A stretch of 64,000 bases of DNA from Drouetiella hepatica Uher 2000/2452 (GTDB taxonomy: Bacteria > Cyanobacteriota > Cyanobacteriia > Elainellales > Elainellaceae), in NCBI GenBank assembly GCA_019359505.1, contig JAHHHD010000019.1:1-64000 (forward strand), given 5' to 3'. The notes under the pieces were generated by a model, which ran no database searches, was not told the DNA's origin, and saw only the letters and a program-made list of their open reading frames with translations. This document shows positions 47,615-58,600 of this stretch, one piece after another. A program made the position numbers and the translations under genes. Numbering within the stretch: the stretch's first letter is position 1; the number at the start of each line of letters is the position of its first letter.

Positions 47615-49493
47615 CGTCCGTGAGTATTATAAGTGGCTCTAGCGGTGATTACTTCACAAGAGCAATTGTCTATTACAAAAGTGAGGATCGAGAACCTGAA
47701 AAGGGTGAGCTTCAAGGTGAGTTTTATGGCTCCTTTGCAAAGAGTCTTGAGCTAGATAGGCAGGCGATCGCACACAAGGATAGACGCTTAAGTTCGCTAA
47801 TGCAGGGGATAGATCCGACAACGGGGAAGGTGCTGAGAAAAGGTGGCAAAACGGTTGATGAAAGTGGAGTTGAGAAGAAAAAGAATTCGTCGGTTGGAGC
47901 AATTGATATTACCTTTTCAGCTCCAAAAGATGTGTCAATTGCAGCCTTTTTAGCCCCGGAGAAGGAACGGCTTCAAATTGAGAAAGCTCATAACGAATCC
48001 GTTAAAGCTGCCCTTACTCATCTTGAAGAAAACTATGCCTTTCTGAGAACAGCTTCAGGCAATGAGAAGGCTCAAATTGTAGCAGGCATCTTTGCACATA
48101 CAACTTCTCGTGATGGAGATCCACAATTACACTCTCATGGCGTAGTGCTTAATTCCTGCCAGGGCAAGGAGTCAGGGAAAACTGGGGCACTTGATGGCAT
48201 GGCTATTTTACAAGCTCAGCACAGGCTTGGAGAAATCTATCGGAACGAATTACAGCACAAGCTAGAAAATTTAGGCTACATAACGCGACAAGTCTCTCTC
48301 CAGAGAGGCTACAGCTTCGAGATTACTAATATCGGGCTTACCCAGGAAGTAAGAGACCATTTTTCAAAACGAAGCGAAGCGATCGATAAAGAAGTAAGTG
48401 AGCATCCTGAAAAGTCACGCTCAAAAGCTGCTGTAGATACACGAAAAAAAAAGAGGAGAAAGTTGATAGAGCTGCTTGCTTTAAGCGGTGGAAAGCTGAA
48501 GGACTAGCTTTAGGGCTTGATCTAGAAAAGCTTAAATTAAAAGAGAAATCTTTAACTCAAGGACAAAAAGAAACTACTAAAGGAGAACTTGAAAAGAATG
48601 TTCTAAGAACACTTGTAAAAAAAGAAGCTCTTAAAGCTTTTACCGAGAAAGAGGTTTCATCAGCAGTCTTGAGACAAAGTAAGGGGCAATTTTCAAGTAA
48701 AGAATGTGAACAAATATCTAAAGAAATAATCAACAAGAATCTTCGAGAGATTGGGAGTGATTTAGAAAGATGGAAAAGACAAGACAAGGAAAAGCCACTT
48801 CACCTACGTATTAAAACAAATAAATCTTACACGTTAAGGAGAATGAGCAATGAGATTCAAAAAAGGCTTGGAACAGTTGAGCAGCAAAGACTTTCAGATA
48901 TCTATTCAAAGAGAGAAGAGCTTAAAGCTAAAAGCCTTGAGAAGCAAACCCTTGAAGGCAATAAGGCACGTCTATACACATTAAATAAAGAAGGAAGAGA
49001 AAAAGTAAAAGACTCTGCATATGCAATAGTGCGATCGAACTTTGCGCCCTGGCTTCAAAAGCTTTTACCAGAAGGGCAAGCTTTAAGTTATGAGTATCGA
49101 CAAAAACAGTTTGAGAAATCAAAACAAAAATTTGCTAAAAAGCAAAAACGATTTGAGAAAAGACAAAAACAGTTCAAAAGAAAAATGTTCTTTGCCTACA
49201 TGAAAGGGCATATCTCAAGGTCAAAGTATATACAAATTCGAGACGGCAAGAAACAAGAAAAATCAAAGATTTTGATACAAGTAAAATACGCAACGCACAA
49301 CATGAACAAAAAACAACGTGATTACTTACTCCGAAAACTTGATAAAGCCCAAACAAAAGTTGAAGAGAAAAAGCTGTCAAGCAGATTTTCAACTACTCCG
49401 CAAAAAGAACCAGTTAAGGAGAGAGAAAAAGAGAAGCCCAAAGAGCAGCCGAAAGAAAAGCAAAAAGAAAAGTCAAAAGAACGTGATAGGTAA
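47608..49493 (+). pseudogene. MOBF/TrwC-type relaxase (second copy) interrupted by a -1 frameshift in an A9 run at 48444-48452; lysine-rich C-terminal extension
   Basis: The first frame has FSAPKDVS and FAHTTSRDGDPQLHSHGVVLN and ends at 48507. The third frame is open from about 48453 through 49493 and encodes WKAEGLALGLDLEKL. This aligns with WQEQGKALGLSEGLIL, which follows the relaxase domain in copy 1. Confidence 0.7.
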
Positions 49494-49499
49494 CTAACA

Positions 49500-50192
49500 A
49501 TGCAAACACGTAGTGAAACAAAAAGACGACTTAAGAAAACACTGGGAAGCCTTCTATGTCTGGCATTTGGAGTATATACAGGAAGAGTAATAGGGTTATT
49601 TATCGGAAGATTAGTTTTTTACACCTTACAGGCACATTCAACGTATGGGTTCTTTACCTGGATTGTGTCAGTGGCAATAGGAGTTAGAACTGAAGAGTTA
49701 ACAGCAGAAAGCTTAGCTCAAGCAATGAGTAGCTTTGAAAACTTTTTTCGCCTACTTGGAATGGTTTTCTTTGGAGAAGCGGGGGTAAGAGTTCATTACT
49801 GGTACTACTATTTAAGAGGCATTAAAACTTACCATGCATTTACGTTTGATAGCTTTAGAAAGCACTTTTTCCATATTGATAACGCCTATGTTGATATGCT
49901 CTGGGCTTTAATCTATGTGGTAAGCCTTGATACGGTGCGGGGTGTTTTGTGCTTTGTAGCAGGAAACGCTGTGTATGGTTACTTTTCTGGCATCTTGGGG
50001 TTTTACGCTATATTTCCAACACTTTTTGCAATCATACTAATTTTTCAGTGGGCAACTGAAACTGTAAAAAACGTTCTTCATCCACATCGAATTGAGTGGG
50101 AAATTCAAGATAGTTCGCTCATTAAAGCAGTGCTTTCAAAACGAGAGGAAGAGAACCTTTTAGGCAGAGGTCGAGAAGAGGAGGATGAATAA
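49500..50192 (+). CDS. Integral membrane protein (mobilisation-associated, unknown function)
   Basis: Multiple hydrophobic segments. Its end overlaps the start of the coupling-protein gene. Confidence 0.45.
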   Translation: MQTRSETKRRLKKTLGSLLCLAFGVYTGRVIGLFIGRLVFYTLQAHSTYGFFTWIVSVAIGVRTEELTAESLAQAMSSFENFFRLLGMVFFGEAGVRVHYWYYYLRGIKTYHAFTFDSFRKHFFHIDNAYVDMLWALIYVVSLDTVRGVLCFVAGNAVYGYFSGILGFYAIFPTLFAIILIFQWATETVKNVLHPHRIEWEIQDSSLIKAVLSKREEENLLGRGREEEDE

Positions 50193-51924
50193 AAAGCTCT
50201 GCTGGAAGCTTCTTAAAGTCGCTAAAACGTTACTTAAAGCACTCTCAAAGATTATTTACAGCATTTTAGCTGACATGAGGCGAGATTCTTCGCTCGAATA
50301 TCGGCATGGTCATTCAATCATTGATACTGCCTGGGATATTCATCGTGAGAATCAAACGGAACTTGTTGCTAGTAAGGATCGCCAGATTAAGCAAAGTGAG
50401 GCAGCTCAAAAAGGCATACTGGCGGATCATCAATCGCCGGCTCTTCCAGCAGATTACGATCGAGAAAAGTACGTTCCCTTTGGACTAGGTTTTCAAAAGA
50501 TTGATGAGACTGAGGGGCATTTCCTTATAAGCGGCGTTACAGGCTCTGGTAAGGGCTTACTGACCCAAATTACAATGGCTCACGTCTTATCTCTTCAGAA
50601 AAGGCGAGTAGTCATTATCGACCCTAAGAACGATACACTAGGAATTCTTCATGGGATGAATATCCCTTATAAGTATTTTAATATTGCATCTACTCGTGGG
50701 ATTGCCTGGGATATTGCAAAAGATGCTGGAAGCTACACCAAACTTCCCCAAATAGCAGCAATTCTTCTTCCTGCTGATGAAAAAGCTACTGATAATTTTT
50801 GGCTCTTTGCATCTCGTGCCTTGCTTGTTGCAATCATGCGAGTCTTTATCTATCTCTTTCAAGATGAATGGGCATTCCATGACGTTGTTAAGGCTGCAAC
50901 ATTTCTTTCAAGAGAAGAGCTAATTACGTTCCTTAAGCAATGCCCTGGAAATGAGGCAATTATTCTTTCACTCTTTAGTGAAGAAGTTGAAAAGGCTTCA
51001 GCAAACGTGATGCTTGAAGTATTTACAAAGCTTGAAAGGCTAAACACTGCTGCGGTTCATAGTCAGCAGGCGACAGAAAAAATTAGCTTAAAAGAATTCA
51101 TGCAGCAAGATGATGGAGTGCTTGTTATTGGAATGGATCTAACTGAGAAAGAAGCTCATATGCCAATGATTCATGCAATCTTTAGGCGGCTGTGTGATTT
51201 TATCTTAGCCCTACCTGAGTACCCGGATGTTAAAACTTGGTTTTTTATAGATGAGGTAATTTTTCTAGGCTACTTGCCTGGGCTATTAGATTTGATGGTT
51301 TTTGCACGTTCTAAAAATGCCCTTGTCACTTTAGCTATTCAAGGGATGGAAGGGATGGAAGAGATTTACAAAAAAAACTTCTCAGAAATTATTGTTGAGA
51401 TGTGTAGATACAAAGCAATTTTACGCTCAACTGCGAGGACTGCTAGATGGGTCTCATCACTTTTTGGAAAAGTTGAAGTATACGATTCAACATCAAGCGA
51501 TAATTTTGGCTCTCAAGGCGTATCAGGTGGAAGCCAGGTGCGAAAAGAAGGCAGAGAAAAGTTCTACGATTCAACTTTTTTGGAGCTTCCTTTTCCGAGC
51601 AAGGCAAAAAAATTAGGATTAACGGGATTTTTTATCACGCCTGATAAGGCAGAAACAAGGAAAATTTCAAGCGAAAGGCTTGAAGCCTTAATGCCTAAAA
51701 AAGTAGAAGTTGCAAAGGAGGAATCTATAGACAATGAACAGCAATTACTTGTGCCGTGGAGTGAAAAAGAGAAGGCGAGATTTATCTATGGAGATAGAGA
51801 AAAGGAGGAGGTAACAATTGATGATTTACTAGATGAGCAGGTAGTTGAATATTTCTTAAATTTCACTGAAGAATTCGCAAGGAAGCTAAAACAAAAAGAT
51901 GAGCATGAAAAAACAGAAGATTGA
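50185..51924 (+). CDS. Type IV coupling protein (VirD4/TraD family), second copy
   Basis: Walker A is ISGVTGSGKG and Walker B is WFFIDEV. Confidence 0.75.
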   Translation: MNKKLCWKLLKVAKTLLKALSKIIYSILADMRRDSSLEYRHGHSIIDTAWDIHRENQTELVASKDRQIKQSEAAQKGILADHQSPALPADYDREKYVPFGLGFQKIDETEGHFLISGVTGSGKGLLTQITMAHVLSLQKRRVVIIDPKNDTLGILHGMNIPYKYFNIASTRGIAWDIAKDAGSYTKLPQIAAILLPADEKATDNFWLFASRALLVAIMRVFIYLFQDEWAFHDVVKAATFLSREELITFLKQCPGNEAIILSLFSEEVEKASANVMLEVFTKLERLNTAAVHSQQATEKISLKEFMQQDDGVLVIGMDLTEKEAHMPMIHAIFRRLCDFILALPEYPDVKTWFFIDEVIFLGYLPGLLDLMVFARSKNALVTLAIQGMEGMEEIYKKNFSEIIVEMCRYKAILRSTARTARWVSSLFGKVEVYDSTSSDNFGSQGVSGGSQVRKEGREKFYDSTFLELPFPSKAKKLGLTGFFITPDKAETRKISSERLEALMPKKVEVAKEESIDNEQQLLVPWSEKEKARFIYGDREKEEVTIDDLLDEQVVEYFLNFTEEFARKLKQKDEHEKTED

Positions 51925-52195
51925 AATAGCTCTTAAAGCTATGTTGCCTGATGTGTTACTTACGAAAAAACAGATTGAGGAAATCACAGGCTTATCTGAC
52001 AACACTGTAGTTACAACCATTAATCCACTGAAGAATTTGCAAGGAAGCTAGAGCAAAAAGATGAGCATGAAAAAACAGAAGACGGCAATTGAAATTGAAG
52101 CGGCTTTTACAGCCCTGCCTCTTGAAACTTTACTCACCAAAAAACAGATTGAGGAAATCACAGGCTTATCTGACAACACTGTAGTCACAACACTT
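51865..52195. repeat. Tandem duplication (~165 bp x2) spanning the 3' end of the T4CP gene and the 5' end of the next gene
   Basis: ctgaagaatt[c/t]gcaaggaagcta...aaagatgagcatgaaaaaacagaag and aaaaaacagattgaggaaatcacaggcttatctgacaacactgtagt each occur twice in tandem. Confidence 0.8.
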
Positions 52196-52639
52196 GCTAA
52201 ATGCGGAATCCCGACTAGCAGCAGAACCTACTCAGTGGCTCTTTTACTAGAAAGGTTTGTGCCTGCAAGAAAAATCTTAGATGACGGAGGAACATATGAA
52301 AAAGTAGAGCAGTTTGTAAAAACCCTATCGCCTCTTGAAAGTGCAGAAGATGAAGAAGATGGAGGGGCGTTAATTGACGCATTAGATCAGCTTGAAGAAG
52401 ATGCTGCACAGGTTCTCTACGGTGCAATAGAAGAGAGAGCTGAGAGGCTAGTAGGGTATATGCCCAAAATGCTTATGAAGGCTGTCTCAGGGGCAATTCT
52501 TAAGGGTGCAGGCAGACAAAAGTTTAAGACTGAACTAATGCAAATACTAAAAGTTGAAAACTCAACTGGACAGCAAAAACGATTAGCTAATCCAGAAGAA
52601 GCACAGAAGCTTTTACCGTCTGAGACCCAAGACTCATAA
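52061..52639 (+). CDS. Hypothetical acidic protein
   Basis: ORF only. Its first ~45 codons are duplicated upstream as a truncated 51-aa ORF (51898-52050). Confidence 0.4.
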   Translation: MSMKKQKTAIEIEAAFTALPLETLLTKKQIEEITGLSDNTVVTTLAKCGIPTSSRTYSVALLLERFVPARKILDDGGTYEKVEQFVKTLSPLESAEDEEDGGALIDALDQLEEDAAQVLYGAIEERAERLVGYMPKMLMKAVSGAILKGAGRQKFKTELMQILKVENSTGQQKRLANPEEAQKLLPSETQDS

Positions 52640-52663
52640 AAACAAAAAGAGGATTCAATCACC

Positions 52664-52876
52664 ATGAAACGCTTAGTAACAACGTGCGGATTAGTAGCTT
52701 CACTACTCCTAACTTCTTGCTCAAAACCAGAGCCAAAAACAGTGTATTTAGCCTTAGAGACGCAGACTGAGAAACAAAGAGAGCTTAATCAAGACATAAC
52801 TCACGAGCTAGCTAGAAAAATGCACTCAGGGGACTTTGTAATAGTTGATCAGTTAGTTGGAGGAAGCGAGGAATGA
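52664..52876 (+). CDS. Short lipoprotein (signal peptide plus lipobox LLTSC); truncated paralogue of the 53192 ORF
   Basis: TVYLALETQTEKQRELNQDITHELARKMHSGDFVIVDQLVGG compares with TVYVALESNTSEEKLFSQDVLYEMSENFSGRSQIVIDELKG in the 53192 ORF. Confidence 0.45.
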   Translation: MKRLVTTCGLVASLLLTSCSKPEPKTVYLALETQTEKQRELNQDITHELARKMHSGDFVIVDQLVGGSEE

Positions 52877-53191
52877 GCGAGAGTGCAACTGCTGCTAATG
52901 ATGAAGCTGGAAGTCTAGAGCTTCTTGATTCAATGCTCTTTGAGGGGACGACAACTCTCATAGAGGGAAGACTTAAACAGTTTATTTTGCATACACCTCA
53001 ATATTTTATCGGGTGCCGTGGTGAGGCTTCTCAATAATCCTAAAATCCGTGCTGAGATCCTTAAAAAAGTTGCAATCAGCGTGAAAAGTGAGCCGATCGC
53101 TCTCGAAGCTAAAACCGTTCGGCTTGAGAGCATGAATCTTTTGCCTGAGTCCAAGTCCGAAGAATAGTTATTTCAAGAGGTTTTTTCCATT

Positions 53192-53776
53192 ATGTTCCAA
53201 CCGAAATTGCTACTTGGGTTTTCGTTGCTGTGTATACCTTTTATCCCTGGATGTGACTCTCCACCGGAGAGACATCAAACTGTGTATGTCGCTCTTGAAA
53301 GTAATACCAGTGAGGAAAAGCTCTTTAGTCAGGATGTTCTTTACGAAATGTCTGAGAACTTCTCAGGACGATCGCAAATTGTGATTGATGAATTAAAAGG
53401 GAAAAGTACGGTTAATGTGTTCTCCGATAAGGCATCATCCCACGCTCTAAGAGAGGCTATTGACGTAGTTGAGATTACGCTCTCAGATGATGAAGCCTTA
53501 GTGTCTGCGATTCATAGAGCAGCTCTGCTGGGGCAAGACAATAAGCCTGTGTTTGCCGTCCTTGTAACCTCTGGAACCATTGATAAACAGTCGATAGCAA
53601 AGATTAGAGCAGCTACAAAAGACATCAAGGAAAACACGTTTCTCTACGTGATTGGGGTTACAGAAGAGAACAGGCTCCCTATGTCAAATGCGTTCTCTGA
53701 GGTTAGAGGGAACGTAAAACTTGGAAGCTCTGAAACTGAAATGCTGTCCGTTGCTTCAAAACTAAAGGGGAAATAG
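53192..53776 (+). CDS. Lipoprotein (signal peptide plus lipobox FIPGC)
   Basis: Signal peptide followed by cysteine; paralogous to the 52664 ORF. Confidence 0.5.
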   Translation: MFQPKLLLGFSLLCIPFIPGCDSPPERHQTVYVALESNTSEEKLFSQDVLYEMSENFSGRSQIVIDELKGKSTVNVFSDKASSHALREAIDVVEITLSDDEALVSAIHRAALLGQDNKPVFAVLVTSGTIDKQSIAKIRAATKDIKENTFLYVIGVTEENRLPMSNAFSEVRGNVKLGSSETEMLSVASKLKGK

Positions 53777-53778
53777 TC

Positions 53779-54801
53779 ATGGAATACTCTATTAACGAAG
53801 TCGCAAAGCTCCCAGATGATCTGTTTCAAGATCCGCATACTCGCCCGTTAGCTATTGCTCTTTCGCACTTAAGCCCTGATGAGCTGTCGCTCTGGTGGGA
53901 TGAGGTGAGACCGCTTAGAGCAATTTGGATTAGCGAGTGTAAGAAGTATGAGGATTTGCTCACCTCTCGTAAAATCGCTGAAGGAGTGATCATTAGCCAC
54001 ACGACAAGAGAGGCTGAGAATGTTTTGGTCAAGTGGATTAAAGCTTTTGCCATAGACACACTCCGGCTTAAGAAGACATCCAAAGGGATTGATTTTAAGC
54101 AGTTCATGACCAAAAAAGGAGGATTGCAGGTAGTAGCCGCAGGCTTAAGCTTCATGCAGATTCTAGCAATTAGCGAACTGCTGGGGGTGCAGATTGATAA
54201 TTTAGAGCCTTCAGACATTCCGTTGGCGGTGGTCTCTATAATCGCTGCTCTAAGCCTTACATTTGGCTCTAAGGAGGCTCTTGTCTTCTGGGTTAAGGCA
54301 AAACGGTATGATGGGGTCTCCCAACCCTTCTGGAAGCGTTTAACAAGTGGAGATAGCCTGTTTTTATGCTCCCTTACTCTAATTGTCCTAGAGATGGCTT
54401 TTGCCGCACCTGGGCTTATCTCTCTTTTGCCTCCGCGTCAGGCTAGTCAATTTCTGCCACAGGTCACGGCTTACTGTGCATCTGGGCTTGGAGCCTTCGT
54501 GAACATTATGCTTTCCTACGGGATTGCCTACGACGAAATCGCCTTTGAGAAGAAGTTTTCACTAAAAGTTGAGGTAGAGCCAGACCCAAGAGAGCAGATT
54601 ATCGATACCTTCAATATTGACCTTGAAACGGCTCGGCTAATCCGGGCTAACTACGATAAGGAAGCAAGGTTTCAGGAGAGAATTGTCCATCAGGCTGAAA
54701 AGCGGTATATGAGAGCATTAGAGCGGTGGCGAAAGCAGGTTAAGCGGATTGTGCGATCTCGTGAGTTTCGTCGGGGGGAATTTGGGAAAGGGTCTGTTTA
54801 A
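53779..54801 (+). CDS. Integral membrane protein, unknown function
   Basis: Several hydrophobic segments; the start abuts the previous stop. Confidence 0.4.
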   Translation: MEYSINEVAKLPDDLFQDPHTRPLAIALSHLSPDELSLWWDEVRPLRAIWISECKKYEDLLTSRKIAEGVIISHTTREAENVLVKWIKAFAIDTLRLKKTSKGIDFKQFMTKKGGLQVVAAGLSFMQILAISELLGVQIDNLEPSDIPLAVVSIIAALSLTFGSKEALVFWVKAKRYDGVSQPFWKRLTSGDSLFLCSLTLIVLEMAFAAPGLISLLPPRQASQFLPQVTAYCASGLGAFVNIMLSYGIAYDEIAFEKKFSLKVEVEPDPREQIIDTFNIDLETARLIRANYDKEARFQERIVHQAEKRYMRALERWRKQVKRIVRSREFRRGEFGKGSV

Positions 54802-54874
54802 CAGATCATCTCCTTCCGTTTTACCTGCAATTTGTGCTACAACCCGTAGCACAAATTTCTTTTGGACATAATTT

Positions 54875-55438
54875 ATGCCAACGGTGTACGTAATAGGTGG
54901 GGCGAATGGAGCAGGAAAGACTACCACATCTCTAATTCTCTTACCGACCAGCTTGAACGTGATCGAGTTTGTTAATGCTGACGCTATTGCTGCTGGAATT
55001 TCTCCATTAAATCCTGAGTCAATGGCAATGCAAGCAGGAAGAATCATGCTTGAGCGCTTAGAGCTGCTCTCATCCTCTGGAGCCAATTTTGCATTCGAGA
55101 CAACGTTGGCATCCCGGACTTTTGCCCCGTTTCTGCGAAAATGCAAGGATAGAGGCTATGCGATCGCTCTAATCTACTTTTGGCTTCGTAGCGCTGATCT
55201 GGCGATTGAGCGGGTATCAAGGCGAGTTGCAGCAGGAGGACACTCAATACCAGATGATGTAGTGCGACGACGATATGAGAGAGGGCGAACTAATCTAACA
55301 AGCCTATATCTTCCTTTGGTTGATGAATGGATGATTTTTGATAATTCAGAGTCAGAATCAATACTTGTTGCAGAACAAGAATTAGGACAAAATCAAGTTA
55401 TCTACAATAACGATATATGGAGTCAAATTAGAAGGTAA
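54875..55438 (+). CDS. Zeta-toxin/AAA_33-like P-loop kinase-fold ATPase
   Basis: Walker A is VIGGANGAGKTT in the first 20 aa, at about 187 aa length. Confidence 0.55.
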   Translation: MPTVYVIGGANGAGKTTTSLILLPTSLNVIEFVNADAIAAGISPLNPESMAMQAGRIMLERLELLSSSGANFAFETTLASRTFAPFLRKCKDRGYAIALIYFWLRSADLAIERVSRRVAAGGHSIPDDVVRRRYERGRTNLTSLYLPLVDEWMIFDNSESESILVAEQELGQNQVIYNNDIWSQIRR

Positions 55439-55441
55439 AAC

Positions 55442-55609
55442 ATGGAACAGAATCAAAATAAACATCGCTTGATCGAAGCTGGAGTTAAAAAGGCAGTAGC
55501 TCTTGCTCTTGAGAGGCACAGACGACTCGGTGAATCAATCGCTGTCTGGAAAGATGGTCAGGTTGTTATTGTACCTCCTGAGGAAATCCCATCAAATCCA
55601 GGTAGTTAG
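55442..55609 (+). CDS. Small protein (55 aa), possible antitoxin-like partner of the preceding ATPase
   Basis: The start lies 4 nt after the ATPase stop. A decayed second copy occurs at 61209-61380. Confidence 0.35.
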   Translation: MEQNQNKHRLIEAGVKKAVALALERHRRLGESIAVWKDGQVVIVPPEEIPSNPGS

Positions 55610-55695
55610 TTTGATTCGATTCGTACTTGAAAATTTAGTCAACAGCTTGTTGCTCAAATTCTATGGAGACATAACAAATGAAAAACAGCATGGCT

Positions 55696-58600
55696 CTAAT
55701 ACCCTCTTAAAAGCTCTGAAACCTTCTCTAAGACTGGCAAAGCCTTAACTTCATTAGCGGGTAGAAATACTCTTTTTCTCCAAGAAATAATCTCAGTGAA
55801 GCAGCCGTTGGCTACAAGCTGACTGATCAGAGCCTCTGAAAAGGTTCCTGCTATCTCTAATCGCCAGTCGTTCATGACAGAGGATTTTCTAAGTGTAATG
55901 CCTCCTGCAAGCTGGTGACTCTTATGTTGCTCCATGACTGAAGCGTAGACCTCTTCTGGGCGAAGCTTAACTTGAGAGAGACCAAGGGTATGAGAGACTG
56001 CTGCCATGTCTTCAGGCTGAATGACGCGCCCTAAAAGCACTTCTCCATCATCCGATCGCAATCGAAAGACTCTCATATTGTTCTGGTCTAATGAGTTCCA
56101 GATAGGGAGTAAAAGCCCTGTAATCATGAAAAACCTGCTCGTTGCAAAAGGTGAAGTATTTGATACCTCATCCTCCCAAGCCTCCTTCCACGCCCCATAA
56201 GAGGCTTTATTCCATGAAGATTTTTCTAGATCGGCGATCGGCATTCTCACTCTGTCAGTCGGGCGAATCAGGCTCACTCGCTCAATGGATGCACCACTAT
56301 CGCTCACTTCAGATGAGGTAGAAACAGCTACCGCTGCACGACCAGAGCGATCGTTGATATACAGCGCTCCTTCATTGAGGTTAGAGATTTCATAGGCTCT
56401 CCCAGAGGATAAAATCTCTCTTTTTCTTTTCTCTTCAATCTCAAGGCAGTTTGTTTTTGAGCCAGAAGGATGTGTATAGACAACTTCACGGCTTAAAATC
56501 TTGAATCCTTCTGCCTTAAGGGTTTCAACGCCTACATCATAGGTTCCAGCCTCGATCGCCCGTTCAATGTTATCTTGCAGAATGTTCTCAAAGGCTTGAA
56601 ATAGGTCGTTTTGGAGCTGAATGGGGAGAGCCAGAATTCTATTGAGAAATTTTGGAATATTTGGCAGCTCAATTTTTAAGTCGCCCTGCTCTGTTGTGAG
56701 CTTGAGTCCAGTGGCATCTTCAAATTCAGCCATCGTACATACAGAGATCTGGTTTCTCGCAAGTCTTACAAAAAACTGATCAAGGGATGCTTCTGCATAG
56801 CGTGATTCAAGATTGTCTTTCGGGTCAAAAAGTCCTTGCCCTCCGGTTTCTCGCTGCCCACGAGTTAAAGCTCCTAGTTCATCAAGCCGTCTGGCGATCG
56901 TTGAGATAAATCGTCGCTCTCCACGAACGTCTGTTACCACAGGTCTAAAAACCGGGGCTGATGCTTGATTCGTTCGGTGCGATCGCCCCAATCCTTGAAT
57001 AGCGTTATCGGCTCTCCATCCAGCCTCTAGCAGGTAGTGGATACGCCTTCTTTTGTTGATGGCTCCAAGGTCAGCGTGGTAGCTTCGCCCGGTGCCTCCG
57101 GCTTCGCTAAAGACTAAAATCCTTTTCTCATCATCTAAAAACTCCTGTGCGTCAGAAGTACCTGCTGAAGCTGAGCGGGTTGAGGCGAATAGGCGTCCTG
57201 TAGATTGCTCTTTTAGGATTCTGATTGAGCGACCTGTGATTTCTGCAACCTGCTCATGCCCAAAATGGTGAAGGATCTGCTCTAAGGCTCCTGGCAGTGG
57301 GGGAAGAGATGAAATGAGGTTGATTAGCCCGTCTCTGATTTCAATTGCCTCTTTTGAGACAATCATGTTGCCTTTTGCATCGACAACGGGTTCTGAGAAC
57401 AGCTTTCCATCGGCATCTGAGAGAACTTTGTGTAGATGCGTTGGAAATGAGTGCATGAGGTAGCTCATCACAGATTCTCTGGGGGTGATGTCAATATTGA
57501 GATCTGCCCATTCTTCGGCGGGAAGCTCTTTGAGACGCTTATCGAGAATGGATTCATTGGTGCTGACAAGCTGAACGATTACAGAATTTCCCTCGTTGAT
57601 GTCCTGCTCGATCGCCCGGAGCATACTGGGGCATTTCATAGAGGTGAGCAAATGATTGAAAAATCTCTGCTTGCTTGATTCAAACATGGAGTGAGCTGAC
57701 ATCTTCGCCTGACGGTTTAGAGATTTTCCTTCGCTTGAGGTGATGTTGCAGGCTTCCATTGCCTCTCCCATGCGGTTGTGGATGACCTTAAAGGCTTGGG
57801 CGTAGGTGTCGTAGATACTGACCTGGTCAGCGGTGAGAGGTACTTCGAGGGCATCATAGTCAACGCCATCAAAGCTAAGCGATCGAGAGAGGTAAAGACC
57901 CAGTGATTTTAAGTCCCTGCAAACGACTTCCATTGCGGCAACTCCACCCTTCTCGATCGCCCCGATGAATTCATCCCGACTAGCAAAGGGGAAGTCTCCA
58001 GACTGCCAGAGTCCAAGCCGTGAGGCATAGGCAAGGTTAGAGACCTTGGTAGCTCCGGTTGCTGAGACATAAAGCACTCTGGCATCTGGAACAGCATTTT
58101 GTAGTCGTAGTCCGGTAAGTCCTTGCTGAGAGGCTTCCTTTGTGAAAATTGCTCCTTTTTCAGTAATGGCGTTTCCCATTGCGTGAGCCTCATCGAATGC
58201 AATCACGCCTTCAAAGTCTTTCCCAAGCCAATCTGTGATTTGCTTTAGCCTTGAGTCTTTACCCTGCTTACCAGCACTTCTGAGAGTTGCGTAGGTGGTA
58301 AAGAGGATGCCTGCTTTGAACAGGATCTCAGAGCCTTGCTTATATTTTGAAAGGGAGATGATGTCTGCTTCATCGCCGCCAAGGGCTACCCAGTCTCGCT
58401 TAGCATCTTCAACGAGTTTGTCAGATTTTGAGACCCAGACGGCTTTAGTCCTGCCGTTTAGGAAGTTATCTAGAATTACGCCTGCAATCTGCCGCCCTTT
58501 GCCTGCTCCTGTGCCGTCGCCCAAAAACCAGCCTTTTCTAAACCGCACAGCATTTAGGTCGTCGGGGGAAGCAGCGGAGAGTTCATCTAGGGAATCATTG

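Noticed and set aside
52873-53037. 54-aa ORF (MSESATAANDEAGSLELL...) overlapping the stop of the short lipoprotein
   Set aside because: It has no similarity to the downstream full-length lipoprotein that would indicate a frameshifted continuation, and it is too short and featureless to call.
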